64,000 nt of DNA from Chlorokybus atmophyticus. Taxonomy: Eukaryota > Plantae > Mesostigma and Chlorokybus algae. The notes beneath the pieces were generated by a model. The model did not search any database and was not told the origin of the DNA. It saw only the letters and a list, made by a program, of their open reading frames with translations. Of this stretch, positions 11,427 to 27,215 are shown piece after piece; the first letter of the stretch is position 1; the number at the start of each line of letters is the position of its first letter. The stretch spans positions 616,650 through 680,649 of the forward strand of contig RHPI01000193.1 of NCBI GenBank assembly GCA_009103225.1, written 5' to 3'. Made by a program: the position numbers and the translations under genes.

Positions 11427-14400
11427 ATGAGTACAAATAGCAACAGCGGGGCTTCCATCAATGACAATCCCAACCCTCAAGAAATTAAGGAGGATACCGA
11501 CAGTGTGCATAGTGTTGCAGTTGCTACTACCGGTAATCCTGCCCCGAGAGCAGCACCTATCGTGCCTAAATTGGCACAAAGGAAGTTTCCGACGCCAACA
11601 TTAATGACCTTTTCGGGGAAGTCCCACGAAGATGTTGGTCGATAGATTTCACACTTCAACCGTTCTGCGCGGTTATATCAGTGGTCTGAGGATGAGAAGT
11701 TTGATTTAGCGACCACATACTTGCGCGATGGCGCACAAGAATGGTTTGACCATGCTGATTGTGATACTTGGGGACAATTTGAGAAGGCATTACGCGTGCG
11801 CTTTGACACCGATGATCCCAATGTGTGGACGACGAAACTGAATAGTCGTAAACAAGAAATTGGTGAATCAGTGCAAACATACGCAGATGGTGTACAAGTC
11901 CTCATAGATAAACTCGGTGGGAAAACCTTCCCCGCAGCGTGGCGCAAGGTACGCTTTATTCAAGGACTTCTCCCTCACCTACATGAAAAGGTGACTGCAC
12001 GCATACCGGAAACCTTTGAGGATGCATTACGGGATGCGATATACTTTGAGTCCGTAGCCTTTATTCAACAGCAAACAAAGGCTAAAGACAAAGATAAGGT
12101 TAATGCCGTAGAAGCACGTGATCCGGCGTATAATGCACTTGAGAAAAAGGTTGATAACCTTACTCATAAGCTTGAGCAATTAGTGAACTCTCACACCCAA
12201 ATGGTGAAGCAAACCAAGTACTCCGAGTACAAAAGCAGTGACAAACCCGAGTCAAGCTATAATGGTGCTAAGAAAAACTTCAACAGAAGCAACCTGCACT
12301 GCACATATTGTGACAAACCGGGTCACACTGCAGGAGGATGCTTCATCAAAGAGAGGGATGATTTGCGCAAGCAAGTGCACAACAGTTCCTCACAGCGGCA
12401 AGTGCAGACAGTAAGTTTGCAAGACTTGGTCACTGAGGACAATGCCTTTGCAATAACAAGTTCTACCTTAAGTGGGAAGGTCTTTATACCTCCCAAAGCT
12501 GAGGTGAGGGCAAGTGTGTCACAAGTTGACATTACAGATGTACCGAATGTACAAGTACCTAAAGGTGCTAAATACAATGTGATCGAACAGTTGGACAATA
12601 TGACAGCTAAAATCTCAATCAAGCAATTGCTCAAGGTTAGCCCTGAGTATCGTCAACAATTGCTCGATTACTTACATGGGTTGGCCAATGAAACTGATGG
12701 TATCAAAACCACAGAGTTTCCCAGCCCTATTGCCACCATGGCTGTGCTCTACAAAAATACACTAGCAATGGTTCACGTCAGTGGCCATGAGTTGGAAGCT
12801 GTCGTAGACTCTGGTGCGGCATGCACCGTAATGGGCATTGCGACTGCTCGCAAGCTTGGGCTTGACAAAATAATGCAAGCCACAACGCGCACTATGCGCG
12901 TAGCCAACGGACAGGAATGTTCCTTCCTCGGCACATTGCCACAGCATAACATCACAATTGGCAATGTGACACGAGCAGTGGACATAGAAATAAGTCCATC
13001 ATTGGACTACAATCTGTTAATTGGTACAAACTGGCTGCATAAAGCCGGTGCGAAGTTGGATTATTCAACCCAACAAATGACATTTGCATGTAAGCCACAT
13101 GGCAAGAGTGTTGAAGTCGACTTACACTTCACGTATGAGCCTGCATTGACTTGTTCGGTGGCTGCAACTTCGCGCGAACATCGCGCACATACCGCTTGTG
13201 ATATTGCAAACACACAATTTAAAGTGTCAAACACATTGACACCTGATGAACAACAACGGTTAATGGTACTGTTGAAATCCAACACAGACAACTTTGCCAA
13301 AAAGTGGGACCCTCTCTCTCACACACCTTTAGTCAAGCATGTCATTGACACAGGTGATGCAAAGCCTATCAAACAGAGACCTTACCGTTTGTCGTTGATA
13401 GAACGCAAGCAGGTCAACGAAGAAGTTGAGAAAATGCTCAATGCAAACATCATTCGCCCTTCCAATAGTCCGTGGGCCTCACCCGTGGTGATGGTGCCAA
13501 AGCCGGATGGAAGTATACGCTTCTGTATTGACTATCGCAAGCTAAACGCTGTGTCAAAAAAAGACGTGTACCCACTTCCGCGCTGCGATGATGTGTTGGA
13601 AAAAGTGGGCAATGCCAAGTTCTTTTCAAGCTTGGATGCTTTGCAAGGATATTGGCAAGTACTTGTCAAAGAAAATGATAAAGAAAAAACAGCCTTTGCC
13701 ACACATGATGGCTTGTACGAGTGGAATTGTATGCCATTCGGGTTAACCAATGCCCCGGCAACATTTCAACGCTTGATGAACGAAGTGCTCAAGAACTACA
13801 TCGGTGATTTTGTCACTGTGTACTTGGATGATATACTCATCTTCTCAAACACTTATGAAGAGCATCTCGAACACTTGGAAAAAGTGTTTGCTGTATTGCA
13901 AAAGGCAGTCATCAAGTTGAATGCACAAAATTGCTTATTTGCAATGACAGAAGTTAAGCACTTAGGTCACCATGTGTCTGTGGCAGGCACACTACCTCAA
14001 CTTGAAAAGGTTGAAGCTGTGCGCAATTGGTCCGCACCTGAGAGTGTGACACAAGTCAGGTCTTTTCTCGGGTTGGCCTCATATTACAGACGGTTCATTC
14101 CCAACTTTGCACAAATTGCGCAACCATTGCATGACCTCACCAAAAAGGGGTTAGACTTTAAGTGGGGGCCGGAACAACAGCAAGCATTTGATGCGCTCAA
14201 GCTAAGCCTCACCACAGCGCCTGTGTTGGTCAGACCTAACCCAAACAAACCATTTTTCTTGATGACTGATGCTTCAGACTTTGCACTTGGTGCGGTACTA
14301 GCACAGTACACAGATGATGGCAAAGAACAAGTCATTGCGTATGCGAGCAGATCGCTCAACTCCGCAGAGAAAAACTACAGTGTCTCCGAAAAGGAGTGCT

Positions 14401-16208
14401 TGGCCATTGTGTGGGGTGTCTTAATGTGGAGAGTGTACTTACATGGCAACAAGTTCACTGTACTCACAGACCATCACTCTCTGAAGTGGTTGATGACCAC
14501 CAAGGATTTCACAGGTCGGCTTGCCCGATGGGCCCTGAAATTGCAGCAATATGACTTTGACATTCAGTACCGTCCTGGTGACAAGAATGGCAATGTGGAT
14601 GCACTAAGCCGCATGCCTGTCTCAGACCCAAAAATACCGCCACTGATGCCAGCGACAATGGTACTCACCGTGGGGGCAGTTGAAGCTCAGGTGAGCTTCG
14701 GTCTCACAAGGGAGGAGCTCACTGATAGCTCAGACTCATACTCTCATTTGAGTGATGAAGTTGAGAAATTTTTCGCAACTCCAAGTGAGATAGCTTCAGA
14801 AGAAGCTCTGACACCCGAGGGAGAGTCATCTCCACCTCGCAAGAAATTACGGTGCTCGTATTGCTACATACGCAATCAGCATGAAACTAGAAATTGCCCA
14901 CACAAGTCCACCATCAAGTTCAAAGATGTGCTTGATGATGCACAAGTAATTGATTACCTCACAAGGGGGAAGGATGCATTAACTGGAAAGCCCCGAGGTA
15001 TCAGAAGAAAGGTGATCAGCAGAGCCAAACACTACTTTGTAAATGAACAAGGTTTGTGGCTAAAGTCAACCTCTACAGATGAGAAGGACAGATTGATCCC
15101 TCCACATGAGACCCGTGCTAAGTTCATTGCGGATGCGCATGATAACTTAGGCCATCGTTCCGCCACAGTGGTGTGCGAATGGCTAAGAAAGCGATGCTTT
15201 TGGTACAAAATGGAGGAGGCGGTCAAACAGTACGTAAAAACGTGCACAGAATGCCAAGCCAACGCGCTGAAAGTGCGTGAACCTGCACCACTCAAGCCAA
15301 TCAAAGTGAGTGCAATAGCATTTGAGAGAGTAAGCACTGACCTTATAGGGCCGATTGAGCCACCAACCCTCCGTGGCAACACATACGTAATCACTGCCAT
15401 TGATCACCTGACCAAGTGGGCTGAGGCTCGAGCCTTGCCAAACAAAGAGGCAAGAAGTGTCTATTCCTTCATCATGGAGGACATTATAGGCCGACATGGC
15501 CTTCCCAAGATCTTGCAAAGTGATCAGGGAAAGGAGTTTATGCAACAGCAGTTGCTCGACGAGTTGGACAGAATGCAGATTGCACACTATAAATCTGCTT
15601 CATACCACCCACAAACCAATGGGTTGGTTGAGAGATTCAATCAAACCATCAAATCTGCAATTGCCAAGTACGCACAGACGTACACAGACAGGTGGGATGA
15701 TATGTTGCCTTTTGCAATGTTGGGATATCGCGCGATGCGCCAGCGCAGCACGACATTCTCCCCCTTTCGCATGCTGTACAATCGTGAACCACGACTCCCT
15801 ATCGACAGTGTAATTGAGGGAAACAATTTTCAAGTCATGGACTTGGAAGATTTAAACGGAGAATGGTTCATTAAAAATGGACAGGCATTGCAAAAGTTGC
15901 ATGAACATGCGGCAGAAAATATTGCTGAAGCTCAGGCAAAGCTCCCATCTGCTGAATTTTTATCTCGCAAAACTCCCATCAACCCTCGCAATGCGTCTTG
16001 GTTGAAAAGGAAGCAACGTGTGAAGTTACGCGTGCCCCCGCGCACAAATAAAAGCACCGCAAAATGGCTCGTGAATTACGAGATCAAACGCATTTGCAAC
16101 AAAGAAAGAACTCAAGTGGAAATCAGGCATCTTGACACCGGCACCTACAGAACGGTGCATGTCAACAGGCTTGCCCCTTATTTTGTAAGGGGTGAGGAAA
16201 TTAATTAA
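11427..16208 (+). CDS. Gag-Pol polyprotein in a single frame with a premature TAG at 11643-11645
   Basis: Gag FSG..EDV.R*I..F; CCHC knuckle CTYCDKPGHTAGGC; protease VDSGA; RT YLDD; RNase H TDASDFALGAVL; integrase HHCC and DDE (STDLIGP, SDQGKEF, NGLVERFN); C-terminal VHVNRLAPY; no chromodomain seen. Confidence 0.92.
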
Positions 16209-16879
16209 TTTGCTTGATTTACCCCAAAAGGGGTATTATGGTCCTTATGGGCCCTCGACTTAGGCGTGGAGCAGCCGGGTTGAAGTAACGCGCTCAACTT
16301 TGGCCCAAATCGGGTCCTGTTGTGAGTTTTTTTCCAATTGTTGGTCACCACAAACCAACAATTAAACTGCCAAGGCGGCAATTTTATGGCCATGTGGTCG
16401 GCGGCCGGCAATCAGAACGCGCGGCGCCACCGGCGTGGCAGGCCACGCCGCCCGCGGCCGACTGACGCGCTGTCAGTCAACAACATGGGTCAACGCGGCC
16501 GCAAACCGCTGACCAACGTGCCCTTAACTGGGTTGGAAAACAATTTTATGGCCGAATTGGCTATGTATCTAACTGTGACCGCGGTGTTTGCGTCACAGTC
16601 AACGATAATTTGTGAGTTACGCCTCTGGCATATAGATAGGCGCCAGCGTCTTCACCGCCAGGGAAAAGACTGTGCGGTGACTTTGACGTAGTCGCTCTAC
16701 TTGTTGGAGCCGAGGTAGGCTCTGAAATTTGGTGTGTATCTGCCATGGCTCATGCACAATGCATGCCAAGTGTTGAACTCAAGTTCCATAATGTGAGCAC
16801 GAAGCATTTCATGCATTTAGGGTCATAGGCACATTGTGCACATCTATGCTAACACGCGCGTGTGTATGCATAGGTCACA

Positions 16880-18241
16880 ATGCCTCGTGCACGCTTCTTT
16901 CTGGACGTGCGTGAGTACCCAAGTGACCTTCCCGACAACTTGTGGGACAAGATACCACGCCATTACCCATCCGGGCATCACGTGCGCGGCGAAGCCAACA
17001 CGGTTTCCCGCGTGAAGCATGTGAACAAGTGGCGGAAAGCATGCGGCCTCTACAAGCTTCACCCCGGCGGCATGGTTCCTGACCGCGCCGACGAGCCCGA
17101 GTACCCGAAGGTGCCTCACCCGCCACCCTTTGTGTACAAAGGAGGCGATAAAGGGAAGAAGGTAGCGGCGAGCCCTACCTCCACCCCGCCTCGACGTAAG
17201 CGCCGTCGCCACTTTGATGATTCCGACCCCGAGTGCGACGACACCCCTCGTGCTCCTATGGAGGTACGACCTTGTGATAGACGAGCACCTAGGGGCCAAC
17301 GTAGCAAATGCACGCGCAAGCGCAAGCGCGAGCCCCTATTCGTGTTCGCACGCTTACGTCCACGTGTGTTCTTTCACGATCGTCACCTTATAGGAAGACA
17401 CTTATGCACATGTGTTCATGTCAAGGTGGTGAACAACACCACGGACAAAGACACCGCATCCAAGGCCAAAGGGAAGGCTAAAGAGCTCTCCGAGGACGAG
17501 GTAGACTATGGCCTCACCGACTCGGCGCCCTCGTCGCCGACACCCGAATCGGCTAAAGAGGAAGAGGAAATGGTGGATACCATCACCGTGGACTCCCCTC
17601 CAGACTCTCAACATGAAGCCACCACTTCTAAGGCCGCCGCGGCTCCCTCTTCGCCGCCGCCGCCGCCAATGACTGCTGTCACTGCTGATGAAGTGACGGC
17701 AGTGCCGTCAGCACCAGCGAAAGTACGTACAATCGTACGCACGCCGCCGACAAAGCGGCGCGCTGCCGACCGGATTGACAAGCCGGCGACGCAGCAGTCT
17801 GCCAAGCCAATTGCTGCCGTCACCGCTGCTACCACTGACAAGCTTGCCAAGCATGCAGCAGCACTTGATGATGTCTGTGAGCAGCTTGCCGACGCGCCAC
17901 TGCTGCGCAGTAGGCGTCACGTGAGTGGTGAGCCTGTACCGGTTCCACGCCGCGAACCGGAACCATCAAACCCGAGAGCAATCCCTAACCCAACTCGAGC
18001 TGTTCCTGGCTCGGGACCTCAAGCCAGACCTCCGTCGAGGACTACCCGGTTTAAAAGTGGCATGTCCGCGGTTAGAGTATTGTTTCAGTCAAATTATCTT
18101 GTCATTATACCAGGGATACCGCCACACCAAGTAGCTGGGGAGCAGTTAGTTGGCGACCAAAAAGACTGGGTTCTGAAGTGGCGTCCGGCTACCAACCCTC
18201 GAGGTTTGGAGCTTACTTTGACGCCTCGCGGTCACTTTTGA
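16880..18241 (+). CDS. Additional retroelement ORF (453 aa) between pol and the 3' LTR, function unknown
   Basis: Open 453-codon frame inside the element; basic NLS-like PPRRKRRRH; disordered acidic/Pro/Ala-rich middle; preceded by branch point GCTAAC (16848-16853) and acceptor AG (16872-16873). Confidence 0.7.
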   Translation: MPRARFFLDVREYPSDLPDNLWDKIPRHYPSGHHVRGEANTVSRVKHVNKWRKACGLYKLHPGGMVPDRADEPEYPKVPHPPPFVYKGGDKGKKVAASPTSTPPRRKRRRHFDDSDPECDDTPRAPMEVRPCDRRAPRGQRSKCTRKRKREPLFVFARLRPRVFFHDRHLIGRHLCTCVHVKVVNNTTDKDTASKAKGKAKELSEDEVDYGLTDSAPSSPTPESAKEEEEMVDTITVDSPPDSQHEATTSKAAAAPSSPPPPPMTAVTADEVTAVPSAPAKVRTIVRTPPTKRRAADRIDKPATQQSAKPIAAVTAATTDKLAKHAAALDDVCEQLADAPLLRSRRHVSGEPVPVPRREPEPSNPRAIPNPTRAVPGSGPQARPPSRTTRFKSGMSAVRVLFQSNYLVIIPGIPPHQVAGEQLVGDQKDWVLKWRPATNPRGLELTLTPRGHF

Positions 18242-18276
18242 CCATACATTTTTAACCGCTCAGGTGAGCTTGGTTT

Positions 18277-18288
18277 AAGAAGGGAGGA
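18277..18288 (+). promoter_or_regulatory. Polypurine tract
   Basis: AAGAAGGGAGGA ending 11 nt before the 3' LTR start. Confidence 0.75.
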
Positions 18289-18299
18289 CTTCCTACAGC

Positions 18300-19121
18300 T
18301 GTGAGTGCCTAACTAATGGACTAACCGAGTTAATGGCCCCACACTATAGATATCTGACCTACTGCCTATGTAGGTCCCTCAAAGCCTCTATATCAAGCCG
18401 CGCCCCACTGGAAGCGTTGGAGACTTACCCCCTAGGGCTAGGCGCCGGGTCTTACCCCCTAGCACACCAGTTAACGGGGAAGAATATGGACCTTTTTCCT
18501 TATTTGCTCCTTTATGCATTAGAATGCATTTACTTTTATAGCCACGTTTCCTAGTTATCTTTATTTCTTTCATGCATTGGACAGCCATTTAGCCTTTTAA
18601 GATCAGTGATAGGCATAGTATAAAAGGCAGTCTCATTTCCATTTCATTTCGTGCTTCGAGCAGTTGCTCAAGTTGCACCCCTGCTAATACAAGTCCTTTG
18701 TGACAAGTGTGTTGCTTGTATATTTGCATGCGCGTGTGAGTGACACTGTGCATGTTGTTGTGCTCATTTTGCATATTTTTATGCATATATTTGAGCTGCT
18801 TATTATTGTGGGGATGTGGTTCGGACGGTCCAGATCTTCTGGACTTTGATCCAGCGGCTCTATTCTTGTCTACATCGTCCAGCCTATCAGAAGGCTGGAT
18901 TCGGTAATGCGCGCGAGTTCCGCGCGTTTGTCGGTCCTCGACCGGACTCTGCCGGTCGCGCCGGCGTCCTTTGATCATTTGATCATTTGAGCTTCATAAA
19001 CGCTTATTTAGGTAAGTGTTTGAGGGATTCTTGCCCTCTATTCTCTTAGCTCTTATCCTTACTACCATACCACAGAGGGTGGGTCCACAGGGTTTCTGTG
19101 GACGGCCCCTCACTTCCTACA
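18300..19121 (+). repeat. 3' LTR (LTR3, 822 bp including terminal TACA)
   Basis: Matches LTR1 over 818 bp and then continues TACA before the TSD AGTG. Confidence 0.93.
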
Positions 19122-19649
19122 AGTGCGCTACCGGCGCAATCAAATGTTAAGAACGCGTTGAAGGTACCTCACCGTCAACAAGTCTCATCGTTATGCACCA
19201 TCAATTACACGACACATGTGGAAGCAAACAACAGGGCGCCGGTAGCCGTTTGTTAGTGTATGTGAAACGCTGCAGTCAACGGAGTTTAGCGACTCGTTGA
19301 TTGCATTTGGCGACGTCGTTGGGAGCCTGTTTGGTTGGGGTGATTGGTGGTGTGGTTGTTGGCGGCGATGGCTTCGACAGCGGTGGCTTCCGCTGCTGTT
19401 GCTAGCGTGACTCTGGCTAGGAGCAATGCTGCAAGCGTCGCTGTTAAGGGCGCCCCTGCTCGCTGCTGCATCAGACGCCCAGGTGGTTGTTGTTGTGTCA
19501 ATGGTCATCTGTTGAACTTGTGCTTGTGCATGTCCTTGAGTTTTCTGACGGATTAATTTGCAGTTCCGGTGCACAAAGTGCGTTTTTTAGCGAAGGTGCT
19601 TCCCAAAGTTGGAGGTGCCACCGTGCCATCAGCTCACCGTGCAACGGTC

Positions 19650-22600
19650 ATGGCTGTTGCTACTGAAAAGAAAGGTGACAATTTGCATACTTTCTTGCTG
19701 TGTGAGGGATAGCTAAATTACATCTGGCTTGCAGCAAGTACAATGCATTTTACAAAATATGCAACGCTATGTAAGCAATGCTCGCTGACACTGCTGTCTG
19801 TTTGGCCTATCTGCGAGCAGCCAGAGTTCAGCGCATTACCTACAAGGGTTGGCATGACGCCATTGAGATTGTCAATGACGATTGTGGTGAGTTATCGTCT
19901 CAACGGTTCTTTATAGCTGGCATGCATGACATTGATGCCTTGCATTGTGCACAGGACTTGTCGTTGTACCATCTATTGGACGCGTCATGTACTATGGTTG
20001 GCATGGACAGAACATTATTTGGGAAGAGCCTGCACTTGAAGGGGTGGTAAGCTAGTTGATACGAAACAATGCGTTTAATTACTGATCTATGTTCGGCTTC
20101 TTTGCAATTTTTGAATGCTTTATTCGTCTCAGCATGCATAACCTACGGTTGTTGCACTACAGATGAACATGATGAGTTCAACTTTGCTTGCGGCATGGTT
20201 GACATGAAGCTTGGTTGTGAGGCTGATCGCACTGTCATTCAATTTTTACCTCTGGTGTGATGCAGACATTGAAGCCAACTGACCAGTTCCGTGACTGGGG
20301 AGAATGGCGCAACTTTGGCGGTGACAAGGTGGGAAAGAGAAGAATACAGGAGAAGGGGGGGNCTCTGCGCTATTTCATCAGTCAATCAGTCAGTACAACA
20401 TTGCAACAACGAATGACGTGAATACACGCGCATGAGTGAATAAAAACATGGATACATGAAGAACCAAGTGAGTGTTGGATGCTTAGTGCGCGAATGAGAA
20501 TGAATGTGCATGCCATCACTAACACATGCGTGAAGGAGTGAACCAGTGCATGGACCAGTGAAGATTAATGCATATTTTGTTGGAAACAATTCTCTGAACG
20601 TTTGACCCTGAGATAATATACGAGGAAAAAAGCGAGAGCGTCGGTGCGTTAAAACATATAAGAGCATAAACGCATGGATGATTTACTCAGTCCAAAATAT
20701 ATAACCATAAAACCACATGCAGTGAGGTGGCACTGCAGCAAGCCGTGCGGACACAGCAACGTTTCACAGTGCAACAACTCACTTGTAAATCTCCTCCTCC
20801 TCTTTCGCCTGCTCCTCCATCCCATAGGCGGCAGTGACCCCTCTCCTGGCCCGCAGCGACGCTAGCACCTCCCTCACCACGCCAGCTCTGAACCCACCAA
20901 CCACTATTCCGCCGCCTTCGACTCCGAGATGCTGCTGCGGCTGCTGCTGCTGGTGAGCAAGAGGAGGAGGACGAGGCTGGGGTTGGGGAGGTGAAGGAGG
21001 TGCTGGATGAGGTGGTTGAGGTGGTGGATGAGGTGGGTCCTCCTGAGAAACCTGGCGGCGGCGGCGGGCTGAGTCTGGTGCGGGCGTGTGGGAGGACAGC
21101 TGGCTAGCGGGGAAGCGGCGCCGCGCCATGCGTGGGGCTGTGCTTGCCCCGGCCGCCGCCACTGCGGTAATCCGGCCTTGCCTGGAGTCACTCAGTCGGG
21201 TGGCCTGTGTTTGTAGGAGGCTTAACGGTCAAGTGCTGAGCGACGGGTTTGAAAATCAAACAGTTCGCTTCAGAATTAGAATACACATGAGTCATGTTAC
21301 ATGACCTACCGTAGGTACCGTAGGTAAAAGCCCTTCGGGGGGGGGGAGGGGGCAGAGGGGGCCTGCCTACCACTCACTTACATGCATGTTGCGTGCAACG
21401 ATGGGTCTGTTGATTGTCTTGCAGGTTTGGCCCAATGACCAGGGTGACTTTGACGCACTGCTTGGCCGCAACGGGCCTCCTGATGAGGTGTGTTTGCGCA
21501 GGCAGTGTAGCAAAGGTTTTAACTGCAGAACAGCTAATTGTGTCGTGCTTTCACGCTTGCGCCCAAGTTTAACACGTTGCGTTTGAGTGGGAGGGGTGGT
21601 GCTAATGACAGCTGTGCACGCAGTACTTTGATGGTGGTGCTCATACAAGCCAGATCTTGCCTGATGGTTGCACGATTACAAGCAAGATTTCCAAGTACAA
21701 CGGCGCTCGCATCACGCGCGAGTTCCGCCTTGCACCACAGGTATGTTATGCTGGTGGTGTTGTACGCATGCACAGTCGTACACCTCATTTCCTCGGTTGA
21801 CTAGCAAGTTATAGTATGCTGCATTACACAAGCCACATTGATATCGATACTCATGTTGTGCTTTGTGTGTCAAGCGCTCAAACAAGACATCATGTATGCT
21901 TGCAGGGCACTCGCGTCGACATTAAGCAGACTCTGGAGTATGTGACTGACAAGCAACACGGCAAGCCATTCACAATTTGGAACATTACCCAAGTCAAGCA
22001 AACAGAGCAGGTCAGAATCTGTTGTCTCCGCATTGTTGCATATTGTATGTCAGATACTGTTATATTCGTGTTGCATTAGGTTGTTGACACTGCATGAATC
22101 CTTTGCTTTCGTATGATAGGTGCTGTACCCGCTTAACCCGCACAGCTTCCTGCCCAACCAATACAAGGCCTGGGACGATGTGGCTCCTAAGAACTGGAGC
22201 ACTGACAATGGGATCGGTGTTTTCTTGACTGATTCCAAAAGCATGCAGAAGACGGGTGCGGACTCTGACAGATGGATTGCAGGCATCGTAGGCGATACGG
22301 TATGCTCAGTGGCGACTTGCCTACTTCAGTCTCATAGATGCGCGCATGCGCACGCACGCAAGCAGGCACAGGCACAGGCACAGGCACACGCAGCAGAACA
22401 GGGCATTTGCTTGGGTGAAACTGTACATCACCAAGTGCTCTCTTTGACACGCAGGTCATTGTCGAGTTCTTCCGACGGGACTCGACCTTCAAGTTTCCAG
22501 ATGGGGGCATGTCAGCCGAGTGCTGCACCTTCCCCAACTACACAGAACTAGAGGTAAGGCTTGCAAACAACCCAACTCGATAATTCTGTTCGGCCCCACA

Positions 22601-22799
22601 ATAGGGGTGCAACCCACATGCAGAAGCTGAAACTTATGCACCTATGTTTGCAGGTTCTCAGCCCACTGATTCCCCTCTCTCCCGGAGACAAAATGAGCTT
22701 CAGCATCGCCTGGGAGCTGGCAAGACTGCCTTATAACACAAAGTCGCCCGCGGACAAGCGCGCAGCGGCGGTGGACTGGATCAGGTCCAAGCTGTACCA

Positions 22800-22809
<10 letters not shown>
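19650..22809 (+). CDS. DUF4380-family (galactose mutarotase-like fold) protein, multi-exon
   Basis: Spliced reading MAVATEKK|ARVQRITYKGWHDAIEIVNDDC|GLVVVPSIGRVMYYGWHGQNIIWEEPALEGV|TLKPTDQFRDWGEWRNFGGDK|VWPNDQGDF...FPNYTELE|VLSPLIPLSPGDKMSFSIAWEL...; these early exon phases join without frameshift. The GGDKVWP and ELE.LSPL motifs are recalled from DUF4380. Confidence 0.7.
20363..21336. repeat. 974-bp near-exact duplicate of 26416-27389 inside a DUF4380 intron (probable misassembly)
   Basis: Offset 6053, one mismatch seen; bounded by poly-G plus n20362 on the left and poly-G on the right. Confidence 0.9.

Positions 22810-27215
<4,406 letters not shown>

Larger units (their letters stand above)
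6191..19121 (+). mobile_element. Ty3/gypsy LTR retrotransposon, recent insertion, with an internal 4307-bp duplication in this assembly
   Basis: TGT...ACA termini, 4-bp target site duplication AGTG (6187-6190 and 19122-19125), PBS, PPT, domain order gag-PR-RT-RH-IN; only about 3 differences between 5' and 3' LTRs seen by eye. Confidence 0.95.

Noticed and set aside
19560-19660. BED-finger-like GGTSNFGKHLR*K.H on the minus strand, suggesting a hAT transposase relic (also ~5650-5740)
   Set aside because: It contains stops, has no flanking transposase, and the region is better explained as the leader and first exon of the DUF4380 paralogs.
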